In this document: positions 27,069-36,691 of the stretch, one piece after another
How positions within the stretch are numbered: position 1 is the stretch's first letter
Layout: each line of letters begins with the position of its first letter
Source: a virus
IMG/VR virus record: IMGVR_UViG_3300027736_000027
Coordinates: 46,951 to 110,950 of that record
DNA: 64,000 bases
Direction: 5' to 3' (one strand)
Made by a program: the position numbers and the translations under genes
Notes under the pieces: generated by a model
What the model was told of the DNA's origin: nothing
Seen by the model: only the letters and a program-made list of their open reading frames with translations
Database searches by the model: none

Positions 27069-28816
27069 TATGAGTATTTTACTTTTATTCCGGTACTTAG
27101 TAAATCGTATATTGCATTTAATAGTTGAGAATTAAGTTCCGATTGTGAATTATCAACAGAGTCAGAGTCCTCTTTTGGTTCGTTAGGCTTAGTCGGGTCT
27201 TCAGGTTTAAGCGGCTGGGTATTATCAAGTTTGAATTGGTTAGCGGCAGCAGCCTTATTATTGGTTTTATTATTACTAGTATTTGTATTATTAATACTGG
27301 TATTAGTAGCGGTAGTTTTAGCGCTACTGACAAGAGTCTGTAATAACTTTTTTTGCTCCATTTGAAGTGGTGTCGGTGGCGTTTGGTTCAATTTTTTTAC
27401 GTCAATCTTCTCCTTTTTTATCTCACCAGGTTTAACAAACTTGTCGGTTTCCTTCTTCTCAGATTCTTTATTAATATTAGAGTCGCCCTTAATTTGAGCT
27501 TGGGTCGGTTCGTCAAATTTCTTTTGTTCAAATTCTAATGGTTTAGTAATATTTGATATAATCTTCTTAGCCGCACTATCATCATCAGAAGATTTGGCCG
27601 ACTCTTTAGTAATAGCAGCCGGTGTATTGTCCTTTGTATTATCCTTAGGTAATTTGGAGTCTTTTGCGGTAGGTTGGATCTTAATATCCGACGACTTAGT
27701 TTCTATTTTTGGGATTTCAGCTAATTTATTCGCCTCAGCTAAGTTAAACATTGCCTTTTCAACCCCAGCAGGTTTTTCGGCCTTTTCGCTATCTGTCTTT
27801 TTAGTTTGTGCCTCTGTTTTTAATTGTTCCTTTTTAACTTCAGCTTCTGTTTTATATTTGTTATCTCCAGGATGCGCCTTATTATATTTTGTAATCTCTT
27901 TCTTAATGTCAGCATCTACCTTAGCTAGTTCGGTCTTGGCTATTTTTAGGGTCTCGGCAGTATACTGATCTCTATTTTTTTTATCTAGAATATATTCGTA
28001 ATTGCTCTTAGACTTATATAAATCAGTAATTGTACGGCTATTGTCGGATACGTCACTAAATGTGTTGGTTGAAGAACTTGTTATTGCGTTTGATTGATTA
28101 TTATTAGTAATAGTAGTATTATTATTGACGTCTCCCTTGCTCTTTGACAGCTTTATTAACTCATTTTTCTTATCTAGATTAGCAACACTAAAATCAGTAG
28201 ACACATTTGATTTATTATCAGTAGGGGTTGCTGGCTGAGCAGATCGGTTAAACACGGGAGCCGATCCATAACCATCACTTTCATTCTTGATTTTTTGTAA
28301 TGCATCTGCATTAGTCAACAAATTACTTTCACTCTTAACAAACTCAATCATGCCCGATTTACGTTGAAAAGCGTCATTTTGATCAGTTGCAATACGATTA
28401 GGTGTTAGCTCCGGTGAGTTACCTAATGACTCTTTTGCAAATGGAAAAATAGTCGGTTCAGGAACAAGGTCGGCCTGTGCTCGTGTTACACCAGACGGAG
28501 AATTGTCAGTAATTCGCTCAGTAAGTTTATCTGGATCTGGATCAATAACCTCTGAATATCTATATAGAATAAGATCTCGAGACTCTGCAATTAAGTCCTT
28601 TAACACTCCTTTTCTTAAATTAGCTTCAACATATCCCTGGCTGTCAGCATCAGTCTCTCCCTTTTTATATTTTGTATATTTTGTAGGTTTGCTAGTTGCT
28701 ATTAAGTCTTCTTCAATAAATCCATTTCGTTGAATTACTATATATAATGAAACCGATAATCTAGATCTTTTTACATCGTTATTGATTTTATATTCAAAAC
28801 TGGCACCAGTATTCAT
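27068..28816 (-). CDS. Low-complexity Lys/Asn-rich hypothetical protein following the baseplate hub genes
   Basis: 582-aa ORF; TATAAATA upstream at 28847-28854. Confidence 0.6.
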   Translation of the reverse strand: MNTGASFEYKINNDVKRSRLSVSLYIVIQRNGFIEEDLIATSKPTKYTKYKKGETDADSQGYVEANLRKGVLKDLIAESRDLILYRYSEVIDPDPDKLTERITDNSPSGVTRAQADLVPEPTIFPFAKESLGNSPELTPNRIATDQNDAFQRKSGMIEFVKSESNLLTNADALQKIKNESDGYGSAPVFNRSAQPATPTDNKSNVSTDFSVANLDKKNELIKLSKSKGDVNNNTTITNNNQSNAITSSSTNTFSDVSDNSRTITDLYKSKSNYEYILDKKNRDQYTAETLKIAKTELAKVDADIKKEITKYNKAHPGDNKYKTEAEVKKEQLKTEAQTKKTDSEKAEKPAGVEKAMFNLAEANKLAEIPKIETKSSDIKIQPTAKDSKLPKDNTKDNTPAAITKESAKSSDDDSAAKKIISNITKPLEFEQKKFDEPTQAQIKGDSNINKESEKKETDKFVKPGEIKKEKIDVKKLNQTPPTPLQMEQKKLLQTLVSSAKTTATNTSINNTNTSNNKTNNKAAAANQFKLDNTQPLKPEDPTKPNEPKEDSDSVDNSQSELNSQLLNAIYDLLSTGIKVKYS

Positions 28817-28855
28817 TTAATTAAATAATTTAGTATTTCTTTTGGTTATTTATAA

Positions 28856-28896
28856 TAAAAAAACCAAACTGGCTAATTAAGCTGGCCGGTTTGGTT
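28856..28896 (-). terminator. Intrinsic terminator
   Basis: AACCAAACTGGC...GCCGGTTTGGTT inverted repeat with a U tract on the minus strand. Confidence 0.65.
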
Positions 28897-29056
28897 CAAG
28901 TTCAAAGACTTCATTTAAATTTTCATTAGTCTCATTTATTAAAAGTTTTAAATAGTACATATATTCATAATAAGGTAATTCATATAGACTATTAAATGAT
29001 TGATTAAGCTTCACTGCCAGAATCCGGTTAATATCAAATAAGTTCGTCAAGTCCAC
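28877..29056 (-). CDS. Unlisted 59-aa ORF, T4 gp51-like baseplate hub assembly/chaperone segment
   Basis: Hand translation VDLTNLFDINRILAVKLNQSFNSLYELPYYEYMYYFKLLINETNENLNEVFELEPNRPA; overlaps the end of the gp26-like gene; below the ORF-track cutoff. Confidence 0.6.
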   Translation of the reverse strand: MDLTNLFDINRILAVKLNQSFNSLYELPYYEYMYYLKLLINETNENLNEVFELEPNRPA

Positions 29057-30041
29057 CTGAAATAAGGAAAAAATCCCTAAACGTGAAGCTGGACTGTGTA
29101 AAAAGAGGTGATGTTACCTTGTTTCCACAATTTGGACAAACTGTATTTACAACAGATTCTCTAGCATTTTCTATTAATTCGGTAAACTTTTTAATAAATG
29201 TAAATTTATTAATATGCCAAGCATAAGAGGTATTAATCAAGTTATAATATTCCTGTTGAGTAAATGACTGCCAGTCTTGAATTAAATAGGATGATACTGA
29301 TAAAAATGCCATATCTGGTTTTCGATTTTTAGATCGAGCCTCAGCAATTCTGGCCCTTAATCGTTCAATTGCTCCAATCGTTGGCATATATAAATAAAAA
29401 GTCTCATTTAATTTTTCGGACTTTACTTCAAAGCATCTATATTCAGCTGAATAATATTTCATTACTTCCTCAGGTAAGTCAATAAAGTTTAACATTGAAC
29501 TCTTAATCTTAACTGAGTCTTTCCATTTAACCGGGCCTTTACATGATTCAGTACACTCAAATTCTGCAAATAATGAATTTTGATCAGCCGGAAATGTTAA
29601 TTCTTGAATTAGAAAAATAATAGCAACTCTATCTAATTCTGAAATATCTCTCCATGATAACCATGAAGTTCCGCCTTTTATTTTAAATCGACTGCACTTT
29701 TCAATAACATAATTTAGTTTATCATCAATATCTAATATGTCAGAGTCATCAATGGTAGACCAGTGTCTAATTTCAGCAACTGTTGCTGCCTTTATTGTAA
29801 TCTCTGCACCTGCTGGATAAAATAGTCCTTTACTTGGCAGGTTTTCAATTGGAATATTTTTCCAAAGTGAATCATTTGGGCCGCCAATTGTAGACTCTAG
29901 CATTGGAGTTAAGGCATTACCTAATGAGGTAACTGGAGCAGGTTGAGCTACCTTTTTAATATCAACATTTTTTCCGTAAATCTTATCTTGATTTTCCAAA
30001 AAAAGTGCAGCCTCATCTAATGGTTGTTCTTCTTCTATCAT
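29034..30041 (-). CDS. Baseplate hub assembly protein, T4 gp26-like
   Basis: NLPSKG..Y, CxxxC and CPNCG metal motifs, terminal FRDFF. Confidence 0.65.
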   Translation of the reverse strand: MIEEEQPLDEAALFLENQDKIYGKNVDIKKVAQPAPVTSLGNALTPMLESTIGGPNDSLWKNIPIENLPSKGLFYPAGAEITIKAATVAEIRHWSTIDDSDILDIDDKLNYVIEKCSRFKIKGGTSWLSWRDISELDRVAIIFLIQELTFPADQNSLFAEFECTESCKGPVKWKDSVKIKSSMLNFIDLPEEVMKYYSAEYRCFEVKSEKLNETFYLYMPTIGAIERLRARIAEARSKNRKPDMAFLSVSSYLIQDWQSFTQQEYYNLINTSYAWHINKFTFIKKFTELIENARESVVNTVCPNCGNKVTSPLFTQSSFTFRDFFLISGGLDELI

Positions 30042-30064
30042 AATTAATTGAGTTGTTTAGATAA

Positions 30065-30517
30065 TTATATCACAAATGCTAGGAAGGTTTTCGCTAGGTA
30101 TGATTTGGATTCGGTTAATCGGTTTAAACTTTCTGGATAAACTTCAACTTTCTTGAAGGTCTGTTGATCAGTAATAAATGCTCTAATTGTCTTGGTTCCT
30201 TTATCTATTGTCATGCCTTCGAATTTACCAATTATCATAGTTGGTTCCTTTTTCTTATTGGTAAATGTTGAATTAATTTTTACACCAGTAATTCTAGAGC
30301 CTTTTTTAAATTGATTATTTAGAGCTTTAAGATCAATATCAAATTCGTCAGTTACAACCACTTCAGGTCTAGATAAATCAGCTAATGGCAGTAATTTAAT
30401 TGAAATACCATTACTAAATGGCGATTTTGAGGCAACAAAATTAAAGTCAGATTTTCCATAAAATGGAAGACCTGTTAGTGCTTGCTGTCTTTGACCAAAG
30501 GTTAAAACTGGTACCAT
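30065..30517 (-). CDS. Hypothetical protein
   Basis: ORF with C-terminal LTESKSYLAKTFLAFVI. Confidence 0.6.
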   Translation of the reverse strand: MVPVLTFGQRQQALTGLPFYGKSDFNFVASKSPFSNGISIKLLPLADLSRPEVVVTDEFDIDLKALNNQFKKGSRITGVKINSTFTNKKKEPTMIIGKFEGMTIDKGTKTIRAFITDQQTFKKVEVYPESLNRLTESKSYLAKTFLAFVI

Positions 30518-30843
30518 TATAGAGAAACTTGAGTATTTGTTGTACCTAATAAAGTAACTGGTCCACTTGTGCCAACCGTTAATTTTGAAATATTTGCATA
30601 AAAAGTATCTCCTTGAGCTACATAAACGCTTACGCCAGTTCCAGCAGTTCCTTGTTCAACTGTCCATACTGAAATTGTTTGAGCAGCACTATAGTTATGT
30701 ACACCATAATACAGGGGAGTCCATGAACCAACTGATCCATTTGAGCTTCCAAAACCGGATAGGTCAGTAAAAGCTGGGGTATAATTTGTTGAATTCTCAG
30801 CAACCGTATGTTTTCTTAAAAATTTAGCAGGGGGTCCAATCAT
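30517..30843 (-). CDS. Hypothetical beta-rich protein
   Basis: ORF coupled to the downstream gene. Confidence 0.6.
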   Translation of the reverse strand: MIGPPAKFLRKHTVAENSTNYTPAFTDLSGFGSSNGSVGSWTPLYYGVHNYSAAQTISVWTVEQGTAGTGVSVYVAQGDTFYANISKLTVGTSGPVTLLGTTNTQVSL

Positions 30844-30858
30844 TTTAATATCTTTTTT

Positions 30859-31527
30859 TTAACAAGCACAATCGCTTGGGTCTTCATTACTTTTTACATA
30901 TACAATTAATCCAGTTACTTTAATACTAAAATTATCATTTGGATTAAATATCTCTATTTTATTTATCAAACTATCCGCTCCCCTGGTTTCAGGATTAGAG
31001 AAATGAGCGAAGAACTGATGTAATGAAACTGTATGGGTTTCAAGAGTTCGATTTGTTAATATTAAGTTACATTCATGATCTGCTGGTAATATATCATCTC
31101 CGTTTTTATCAAGAGATGGATAGGTTACATATAGTATACATCCTCTAGCATAGTTTCGGTCATTTGCCGTTAAGTAAAAAACTGTACCATTTCCAACCGA
31201 TTCAATATATTCAGCGTCAGCTCCAAGTGGATAATTAGATGGAGTACCGGATGCAGTATAGGAACTAATATCATCTAATCCATTATCAAATATTGATAAG
31301 GTTTCATTTGCGCATACTTCAAAATTAATTGATAATTGTCCATCTACTGGATAAATAAACTCCTCTAATTCACAAAAGGTAGCCTCTTTCTTTGACCCAT
31401 TAAAAATAGAAAAACATCGGTCTACTAGTTTTAAAAATTTCTTACTTGGAAATTTACTACATAGATTGGCATATGCTGCACTAACTCTTTTAGCTAAAGG
31501 ATCGTCCTTATATGTGATATATGACAT
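30859..31527 (-). CDS. Hypothetical protein
   Basis: 222-aa ORF in operon. Confidence 0.6.
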   Translation of the reverse strand: MSYITYKDDPLAKRVSAAYANLCSKFPSKKFLKLVDRCFSIFNGSKKEATFCELEEFIYPVDGQLSINFEVCANETLSIFDNGLDDISSYTASGTPSNYPLGADAEYIESVGNGTVFYLTANDRNYARGCILYVTYPSLDKNGDDILPADHECNLILTNRTLETHTVSLHQFFAHFSNPETRGADSLINKIEIFNPNDNFSIKVTGLIVYVKSNEDPSDCAC

Positions 31528-31543
31528 TCATCAGTTAATATTT

Positions 31544-32233
31544 TTATGGATCAAATGGTTTTTTTAAACCACTAAACCCTCTTGCAATGGCTGAATCTGT
31601 TATTTTAATGGATCCTCTAGGCTTATTAGGCTCAGGAGTATCTACAATAACTGGCTCAGCCGGTTCACTTGGTAAATATTGATCCATATAAGTAGTATTA
31701 GTGTCCTCAATTGGATCAGGCTCAATACTATTTATTATAGGAGTTGCTGATTTAATGTCAGGTTCAATTATATTATCTGATTTAACCTCAATTGGCTCAG
31801 GACTTGGCTTAATATAGTCAACCAGTGCTTTAATAAAGCCCAAGGCAATGACTGGTAAAATTGCACCGCTTACAATTGATAAAATTCGCTTTTGATAGAT
31901 TGGGTCCTCTTCGCTTAATCCAAACAGTTCAATCCAACCTTGGAAGTTTTCTAAATTAATATAGGCATAGTAGGTATTACCCATTGCCTGCATGCATGTT
32001 AAAATAATAAAAAGCCCCCATACAATACCCTTATTCATTTTATCAAGGGTTATTAATGACGCCAATGAGGCAGCTGCTCCAATTTCAAATGCAATAGCCA
32101 AGCTTATAGCTAACCATTGCGGATTTGATAATTCAAAAAAGCTGATTACGTGAATTGTAGAGATAACTGATACTAACAGGTATAGAGTTACAAATGTGCT
32201 AATTATAAAATATTTAACAGTATTTGACCCCAT
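31544..32233 (-). CDS. Four-helix integral membrane protein with a Pro-rich tail
   Basis: Four hydrophobic segments in the first ~140 aa. Confidence 0.7.
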   Translation of the reverse strand: MGSNTVKYFIISTFVTLYLLVSVISTIHVISFFELSNPQWLAISLAIAFEIGAAASLASLITLDKMNKGIVWGLFIILTCMQAMGNTYYAYINLENFQGWIELFGLSEEDPIYQKRILSIVSGAILPVIALGFIKALVDYIKPSPEPIEVKSDNIIEPDIKSATPIINSIEPDPIEDTNTTYMDQYLPSEPAEPVIVDTPEPNKPRGSIKITDSAIARGFSGLKKPFDP

Positions 32234-32535
32234 TACTTAGTTGATTCAATCTTTTTAATCTCTTTATCAATTTCAGCTTGACGATTTACATCAAATATCT
32301 TACGGTCAGTTGATTGAATCATTCTTTTTTCAGATTTTAAACCCTCAATTTCAATTAATTTAGCAATATCATTTTTAGTAAATAAAATAGCCTGAATTGA
32401 ATCTAATCGAGCATTTGTCATTTTTGACTGCTTTTCTAAACTTGAAGACTTTCGTGAAATTGTACACATTTGTATAAAGGTAATAATCGATACAATAATT
32501 ACAATTTTAGTAAAGTGTTGATCTATAAATTTCAT
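32233..32535 (-). CDS. Small membrane-anchored coiled-coil protein
   Basis: N-terminal IVIIVSIITFIQMC hydrophobic helix. Confidence 0.6.
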   Translation of the reverse strand: MKFIDQHFTKIVIIVSIITFIQMCTISRKSSSLEKQSKMTNARLDSIQAILFTKNDIAKLIEIEGLKSEKRMIQSTDRKIFDVNRQAEIDKEIKKIESTK

Positions 32536-32561
32536 TTGTAATTTATTTTTTAGTTATTTAT

Positions 32562-33062
32562 TTACTTTCGGTTAATAAAGTCCCCAAACCATGTTTGGAT
32601 TTGAGTATAGTTTAAACAGCCAGTATAGATCCAATAGGCAATAAAAGTTAAACAGGTTAACCAGCTTAATACATATACGTGGTTTGACACAGTAGCCATT
32701 GGTCTATATTTAATTTGAATTAGGTAGGCATAGTATTCAGAGGTTTTAATTCTGTCAGTTTTTGCCTCAATTAATTCAGTTAAATTATGGGTTTCAAAAA
32801 GTTCCTTCTTTTTAGCTAATGATTCAAATACTCTACTTTTTTCTAAGTCTAGTGTATCTTGGCCCATCATTAATAATTCAGGTTCAATATTTAATACATA
32901 ATATGCCCTAGCTCGGCGGTCTAATCTTAAACCTGTCTGTTTTAGAATTCCACTTTTATTGATATCGGACATTTTTGTTCTATAAAAAATAAAATTTTTT
33001 AAATTTTTAATTATGATTACGGTAGTTTCATAAAAAGTAACAGGGTTAATAAAATCTTTCAT
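32562..33062 (-). CDS. Hypothetical protein with a C-terminal TM helix
   Basis: VYVLSWLTCLTFIAYWIY. Confidence 0.6.
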   Translation of the reverse strand: MKDFINPVTFYETTVIIIKNLKNFIFYRTKMSDINKSGILKQTGLRLDRRARAYYVLNIEPELLMMGQDTLDLEKSRVFESLAKKKELFETHNLTELIEAKTDRIKTSEYYAYLIQIKYRPMATVSNHVYVLSWLTCLTFIAYWIYTGCLNYTQIQTWFGDFINRK

Positions 33063-33065
33063 AAT

Positions 33066-33692
33066 TTAAAAATAAGTAGTTAAATTTTCTTTCATTTGTG
33101 GATTTTTAATAAGAACTGAATCCTTTAACATCTTTCGAGCCTTTCTAATTTTAGTTTTAACAGTATTTAAATTCATATTATATTTAGAGGCAATTGCATC
33201 GCCTTTCATTGAATGAATTTCCTTGTCTACTAAAATTGATTTTTCAATACCATCCGGCAGAGATTGCAATTCGTCAGTTGTCATTTTATAGAGAGACTCA
33301 ATGTACATTTCTTTATCAAAATTAAAAACGCTATCGTCTTCAATATTTAAAGGTCTAGTCATATTATCAATCCTGATAGCATAATTTTTAATTAACTTAT
33401 GCTTATGTAATAGTGCCTCATTTTTTGCAATTGTATAAATCCAGGTCGTAAATCTAAATGTATCATTATACGAATCCAGGCCTTTAAATATTTTAAACAG
33501 AGTATTGTGTAATACCTCGGCAGTTTCATCTTCATCATTAAAAAATTTCCATATAAAATATTTTAATTTTGGATACATAATTGAAGCTAATCTGTTTCGA
33601 TCACGTTCAGTATAGTCTTTGCTTTTTATTTTTTCAGCAAGTTTTTGCATCTCATTATTGAGTTGCTTGTTTATTAGGTCGTATGCGCTCAT
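33066..33692 (-). CDS. Sigma-70 family (ECF-like) RNA polymerase sigma factor
   Basis: Region 2 FRFTTWIYTIAKNEAL; region 4 HTH IASKYNMNLNTVKTKIRKARKML. Confidence 0.88.
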   Translation of the reverse strand: MSAYDLINKQLNNEMQKLAEKIKSKDYTERDRNRLASIMYPKLKYFIWKFFNDEDETAEVLHNTLFKIFKGLDSYNDTFRFTTWIYTIAKNEALLHKHKLIKNYAIRIDNMTRPLNIEDDSVFNFDKEMYIESLYKMTTDELQSLPDGIEKSILVDKEIHSMKGDAIASKYNMNLNTVKTKIRKARKMLKDSVLIKNPQMKENLTTYF

Positions 33693-33709
33693 ATTTTGGT
33701 TTTTAAAAC

Positions 33710-34450
33710 TTACTTAAAAAATTGATGATTTGGGTTTGACTCTTTCCATTTATCGTAGCGGTCAGCTATTTGAATTAAAATTTTATTTCTTACAATATCT
33801 TCGTCGTTAAATTTATGAACGTCTAATCCGTTAATTCCAGATAGCACATTTATAAAATCCGGTAAAGCTACTTTACTCTTTGCAATATCATATTGGCTTA
33901 CATCTCCGCAAATCAATACTTTAGAATCTTTTCCCATTCTGGTTACAAATAACATTAATTGTTTAAAATCTGCATTTTGAGCTTCATCTAATATCATTAA
34001 GCAATTATCAAAGGTTGCGCCTCTCATATAGGCAAGTGGCCTAAATTCAATAACTCCAATTGACTCTAACCAACTAACTAAATTTGGGTCATGTATTAAT
34101 TTTACTAAATTTGATCGATAACTTTCCATAAATGGATCAATTTTATCCTTTATTTCTCCAGGTAAAAATCCAAGCTTTTCACCAGATTCTTGGATAGGCT
34201 TAGATAAAATGATCTTTTTTATTTTGCCATCTAAATATAATTGAAGAGCCGCTAGACATGCAGTAAACGTTTTAGACGTTCCAGCTGGTCCATAACAAAA
34301 GGTTATTTCATTTGCTATAATTTTATTAAAATATATTTGTTGAGACTGCTTTAGTGTAATATTTCTTAAATCCTTTTTTGAAATTTCATATGTCTCACGT
34401 TTAGGTTTATTTGACCTGGCCGGTTTTTTAGAATCCTTACGATTTTCCAT
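33710..34450 (-). CDS. phoH: PhoH family ATPase
   Basis: GPAGTSKT, LGFLPG, LAYMRGATF, ILDEAQN and GDVSQYD. Confidence 0.93.
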   Translation of the reverse strand: MENRKDSKKPARSNKPKRETYEISKKDLRNITLKQSQQIYFNKIIANEITFCYGPAGTSKTFTACLAALQLYLDGKIKKIILSKPIQESGEKLGFLPGEIKDKIDPFMESYRSNLVKLIHDPNLVSWLESIGVIEFRPLAYMRGATFDNCLMILDEAQNADFKQLMLFVTRMGKDSKVLICGDVSQYDIAKSKVALPDFINVLSGINGLDVHKFNDEDIVRNKILIQIADRYDKWKESNPNHQFFK

Positions 34451-34742
34451 TTTTTCTAGTTTTTTTAATTGGTAATTTAATTAATTGATTAAGATTTTTA
34501 CATCGCTGGCATGATTCATAATCTTCAATGCTTTCAAAAAAGGTTAAGGCTCTAGTTAAACAACCCGGCCATTCATCGCGGGTTGCGATTACATCAACCA
34601 CTTCTTCCATTAATTTAATATTCTTAATAAAAATATTTGGAGACTTTTTTAAATGAGAGCGCTCAATTGCATTAATAATTTTAGTAAAAATTATCTGCTT
34701 ATCGTTTAAAAAATCCGGTTTTTCTAAATCTGTAAATTTCAT
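34437..34742 (-). CDS. Hypothetical protein with a UVR-like C-terminal helix pair
   Basis: FFESIEDYESCQRCK. Confidence 0.55.
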   Translation of the reverse strand: MKFTDLEKPDFLNDKQIIFTKIINAIERSHLKKSPNIFIKNIKLMEEVVDVIATRDEWPGCLTRALTFFESIEDYESCQRCKNLNQLIKLPIKKTRKNGKS

Positions 34743-36691
34743 TAGTCAGTGTTTCCATAAAATTTTTGTAGAGTCAATTTATGATTATCAATATAATTTT
34801 CATCTAGTCTGCGGCTAGCCTTGCCTGTTTTAGCCGAGCCAGATCCATTCATAGAATTTATCATTTCAAAATCATAATTTGACTCTTTTGATAAATATAC
34901 TTCATTTAAAAAATTTAAGTAGATTTCTGCCATATATTCCGGTGGCTGTTTATCAAGTTCATCATTTGCTAATTCAAAAAAATTAGGTGATTCAAAAAAT
35001 GCAGCTGAATTAACACACGTCATTGCTAAATCATCATTACCACTTTGGCTACGGTATGTACCATTAGAGGTTCTGCCAAACGCTCCAAGCTCATGAACTG
35101 TCTTAAATTCATTTGGTAATATTTTATTAACGGCAGTTAAGTATTTAAAGCGTTCACAAAATTTAATTTTATTAGTGGTAGTTAATTTAAGCCCAGGCTT
35201 AAGGTGCTGTGCAGATTCGGTATGCTTTGAAAAAACAAGGAGTCCACTCCAATAGGCTTCATGTTTCATAATTTTATCCATTACATATTCGCCTTTATGA
35301 TTTAATTCAACCAGTAATCTTACCTTATCTGTATTAAATACAGTATATAATAAGTATTCTAATGAATTACAATATTGATTAATATCTTTGGTATTTGTCC
35401 TAAATGTTGCAACTTGAACTAGTGAAAAAATATCGGTTTCATTTTTAATGAAATCCTTTACTGGAGTCAGCATTTTTAGCGGCAGTGCAATAAACTTAAA
35501 AATATTAATTACTGAATAGTCACGATTTAAACCGTCAGCCGTATCAATTGAAAATATATAGTAGTTTTTATCATTTTTAATATCATCTAGGGTTAACTTG
35601 TTAAAGTTTGGGTGAACTGTCAGGCCATGTAATAGATCTAATGTAGTCGGGGTTTGCGCCCACTCTGGGATGACGTATTGAGTTCTAAGGGCAAATATTT
35701 TTTTAAGATCTTTAGACTGTAGTAATAATTTATCGGATGAAAAGAATTGTAGCCCATATTCCTGGTTAAAGTCTTCTTCTGACCCTAAATTCGCAATTGT
35801 GCTGCGTTTCCATTCTTCATCTCTTCCTGGAACCTGCCACCAATCTACTCGTAATGGAACATATTCATTATTATGATTCATTGCATCCATGTAAATTTCA
35901 TAGAAGCGATTCATGCCATTTGGAGTTGAAGTTATTATGATTTTTGAGTTCTTTGATGCTGAAATAGTTGGATAAATTGCTCGATAGAAAAAGTCCAAAT
36001 ATGAGGCATTAATATGCGCAAATTCGTCAATATAGAGTACATGGATTGTAAAACCAATACCAGTATTTTTAGTGGTAGTCCGGCCAATTAGTCTGCACCC
36101 ATTATCGTATTTCATTGACATTACATTATTTGAAACACAGCCAGGTTTTAGAAAGAACGGTAAATTTTCAAGTACTGATTTAATTTTATCTAAAACCTCT
36201 TTAGTGGTTGATGCAATATTGGCTACAGCCAATACATTTTTATCAGTATGAAATACCAGGTACCATGCAATAAATAGGCCAGACATTACCGTTTTTCCAA
36301 TTTGTCTAGACGCCATTAAGCAGTTAAATCTGTTATCTTTAAATGATTTAATTATTTCTTCCTGATAATCTCTTAGCCTAATTTGGTCAATGCCCTGTTC
36401 CTGCATTACTTGAGCATGTCTACTTGCAAAATAAACAGGATCAGCTTTACACTTTCTGATTTCGTCAAGCTCTTCTGGAGTATATTCAAATACTAGATTT
36501 GCTTTTTTCCAGGCTGGATCGTTATCTTTAAATGGAGAATTTTTAATTGTTTTAATATCAATTACTCCATTTTCAAAATCTTCTAATAGTTGATTAATCT
36601 TTTCGGATGTCCAAATTGCATTATTCTCAGGATCTAAATTTGAAAGTTTTAATTTAGAGGTTCCTCCACTATTTGTTATAAAATCTTTCAT
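34742..36691 (-). CDS. terL: Terminase large subunit (T4 gp17-like)
   Basis: LRDYQ, Walker A SRQIGKT, Walker B LYIDEFA, ITSTPNG, nuclease SIDTADG and GNDDLAM. Confidence 0.95.
   Translation of the reverse strand: MKDFITNSGGTSKLKLSNLDPENNAIWTSEKINQLLEDFENGVIDIKTIKNSPFKDNDPAWKKANLVFEYTPEELDEIRKCKADPVYFASRHAQVMQEQGIDQIRLRDYQEEIIKSFKDNRFNCLMASRQIGKTVMSGLFIAWYLVFHTDKNVLAVANIASTTKEVLDKIKSVLENLPFFLKPGCVSNNVMSMKYDNGCRLIGRTTTKNTGIGFTIHVLYIDEFAHINASYLDFFYRAIYPTISASKNSKIIITSTPNGMNRFYEIYMDAMNHNNEYVPLRVDWWQVPGRDEEWKRSTIANLGSEEDFNQEYGLQFFSSDKLLLQSKDLKKIFALRTQYVIPEWAQTPTTLDLLHGLTVHPNFNKLTLDDIKNDKNYYIFSIDTADGLNRDYSVINIFKFIALPLKMLTPVKDFIKNETDIFSLVQVATFRTNTKDINQYCNSLEYLLYTVFNTDKVRLLVELNHKGEYVMDKIMKHEAYWSGLLVFSKHTESAQHLKPGLKLTTTNKIKFCERFKYLTAVNKILPNEFKTVHELGAFGRTSNGTYRSQSGNDDLAMTCVNSAAFFESPNFFELANDELDKQPPEYMAEIYLNFLNEVYLSKESNYDFEMINSMNGSGSAKTGKASRRLDENYIDNHKLTLQKFYGNTD

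Noticed and set aside
27068-28816. Tape measure protein call based on position after the gp26/gp51-like genes
   Set aside because: The sequence is low-complexity and hydrophilic, lacks tape-measure-like helical repeats, and is short for a jumbo phage tail; left as hypothetical.
34742-36691. Intein or intron in the terminase
   Set aside because: The ORF is continuous, with no intein splice motifs or homing endonuclease signature; the extra length is modest.
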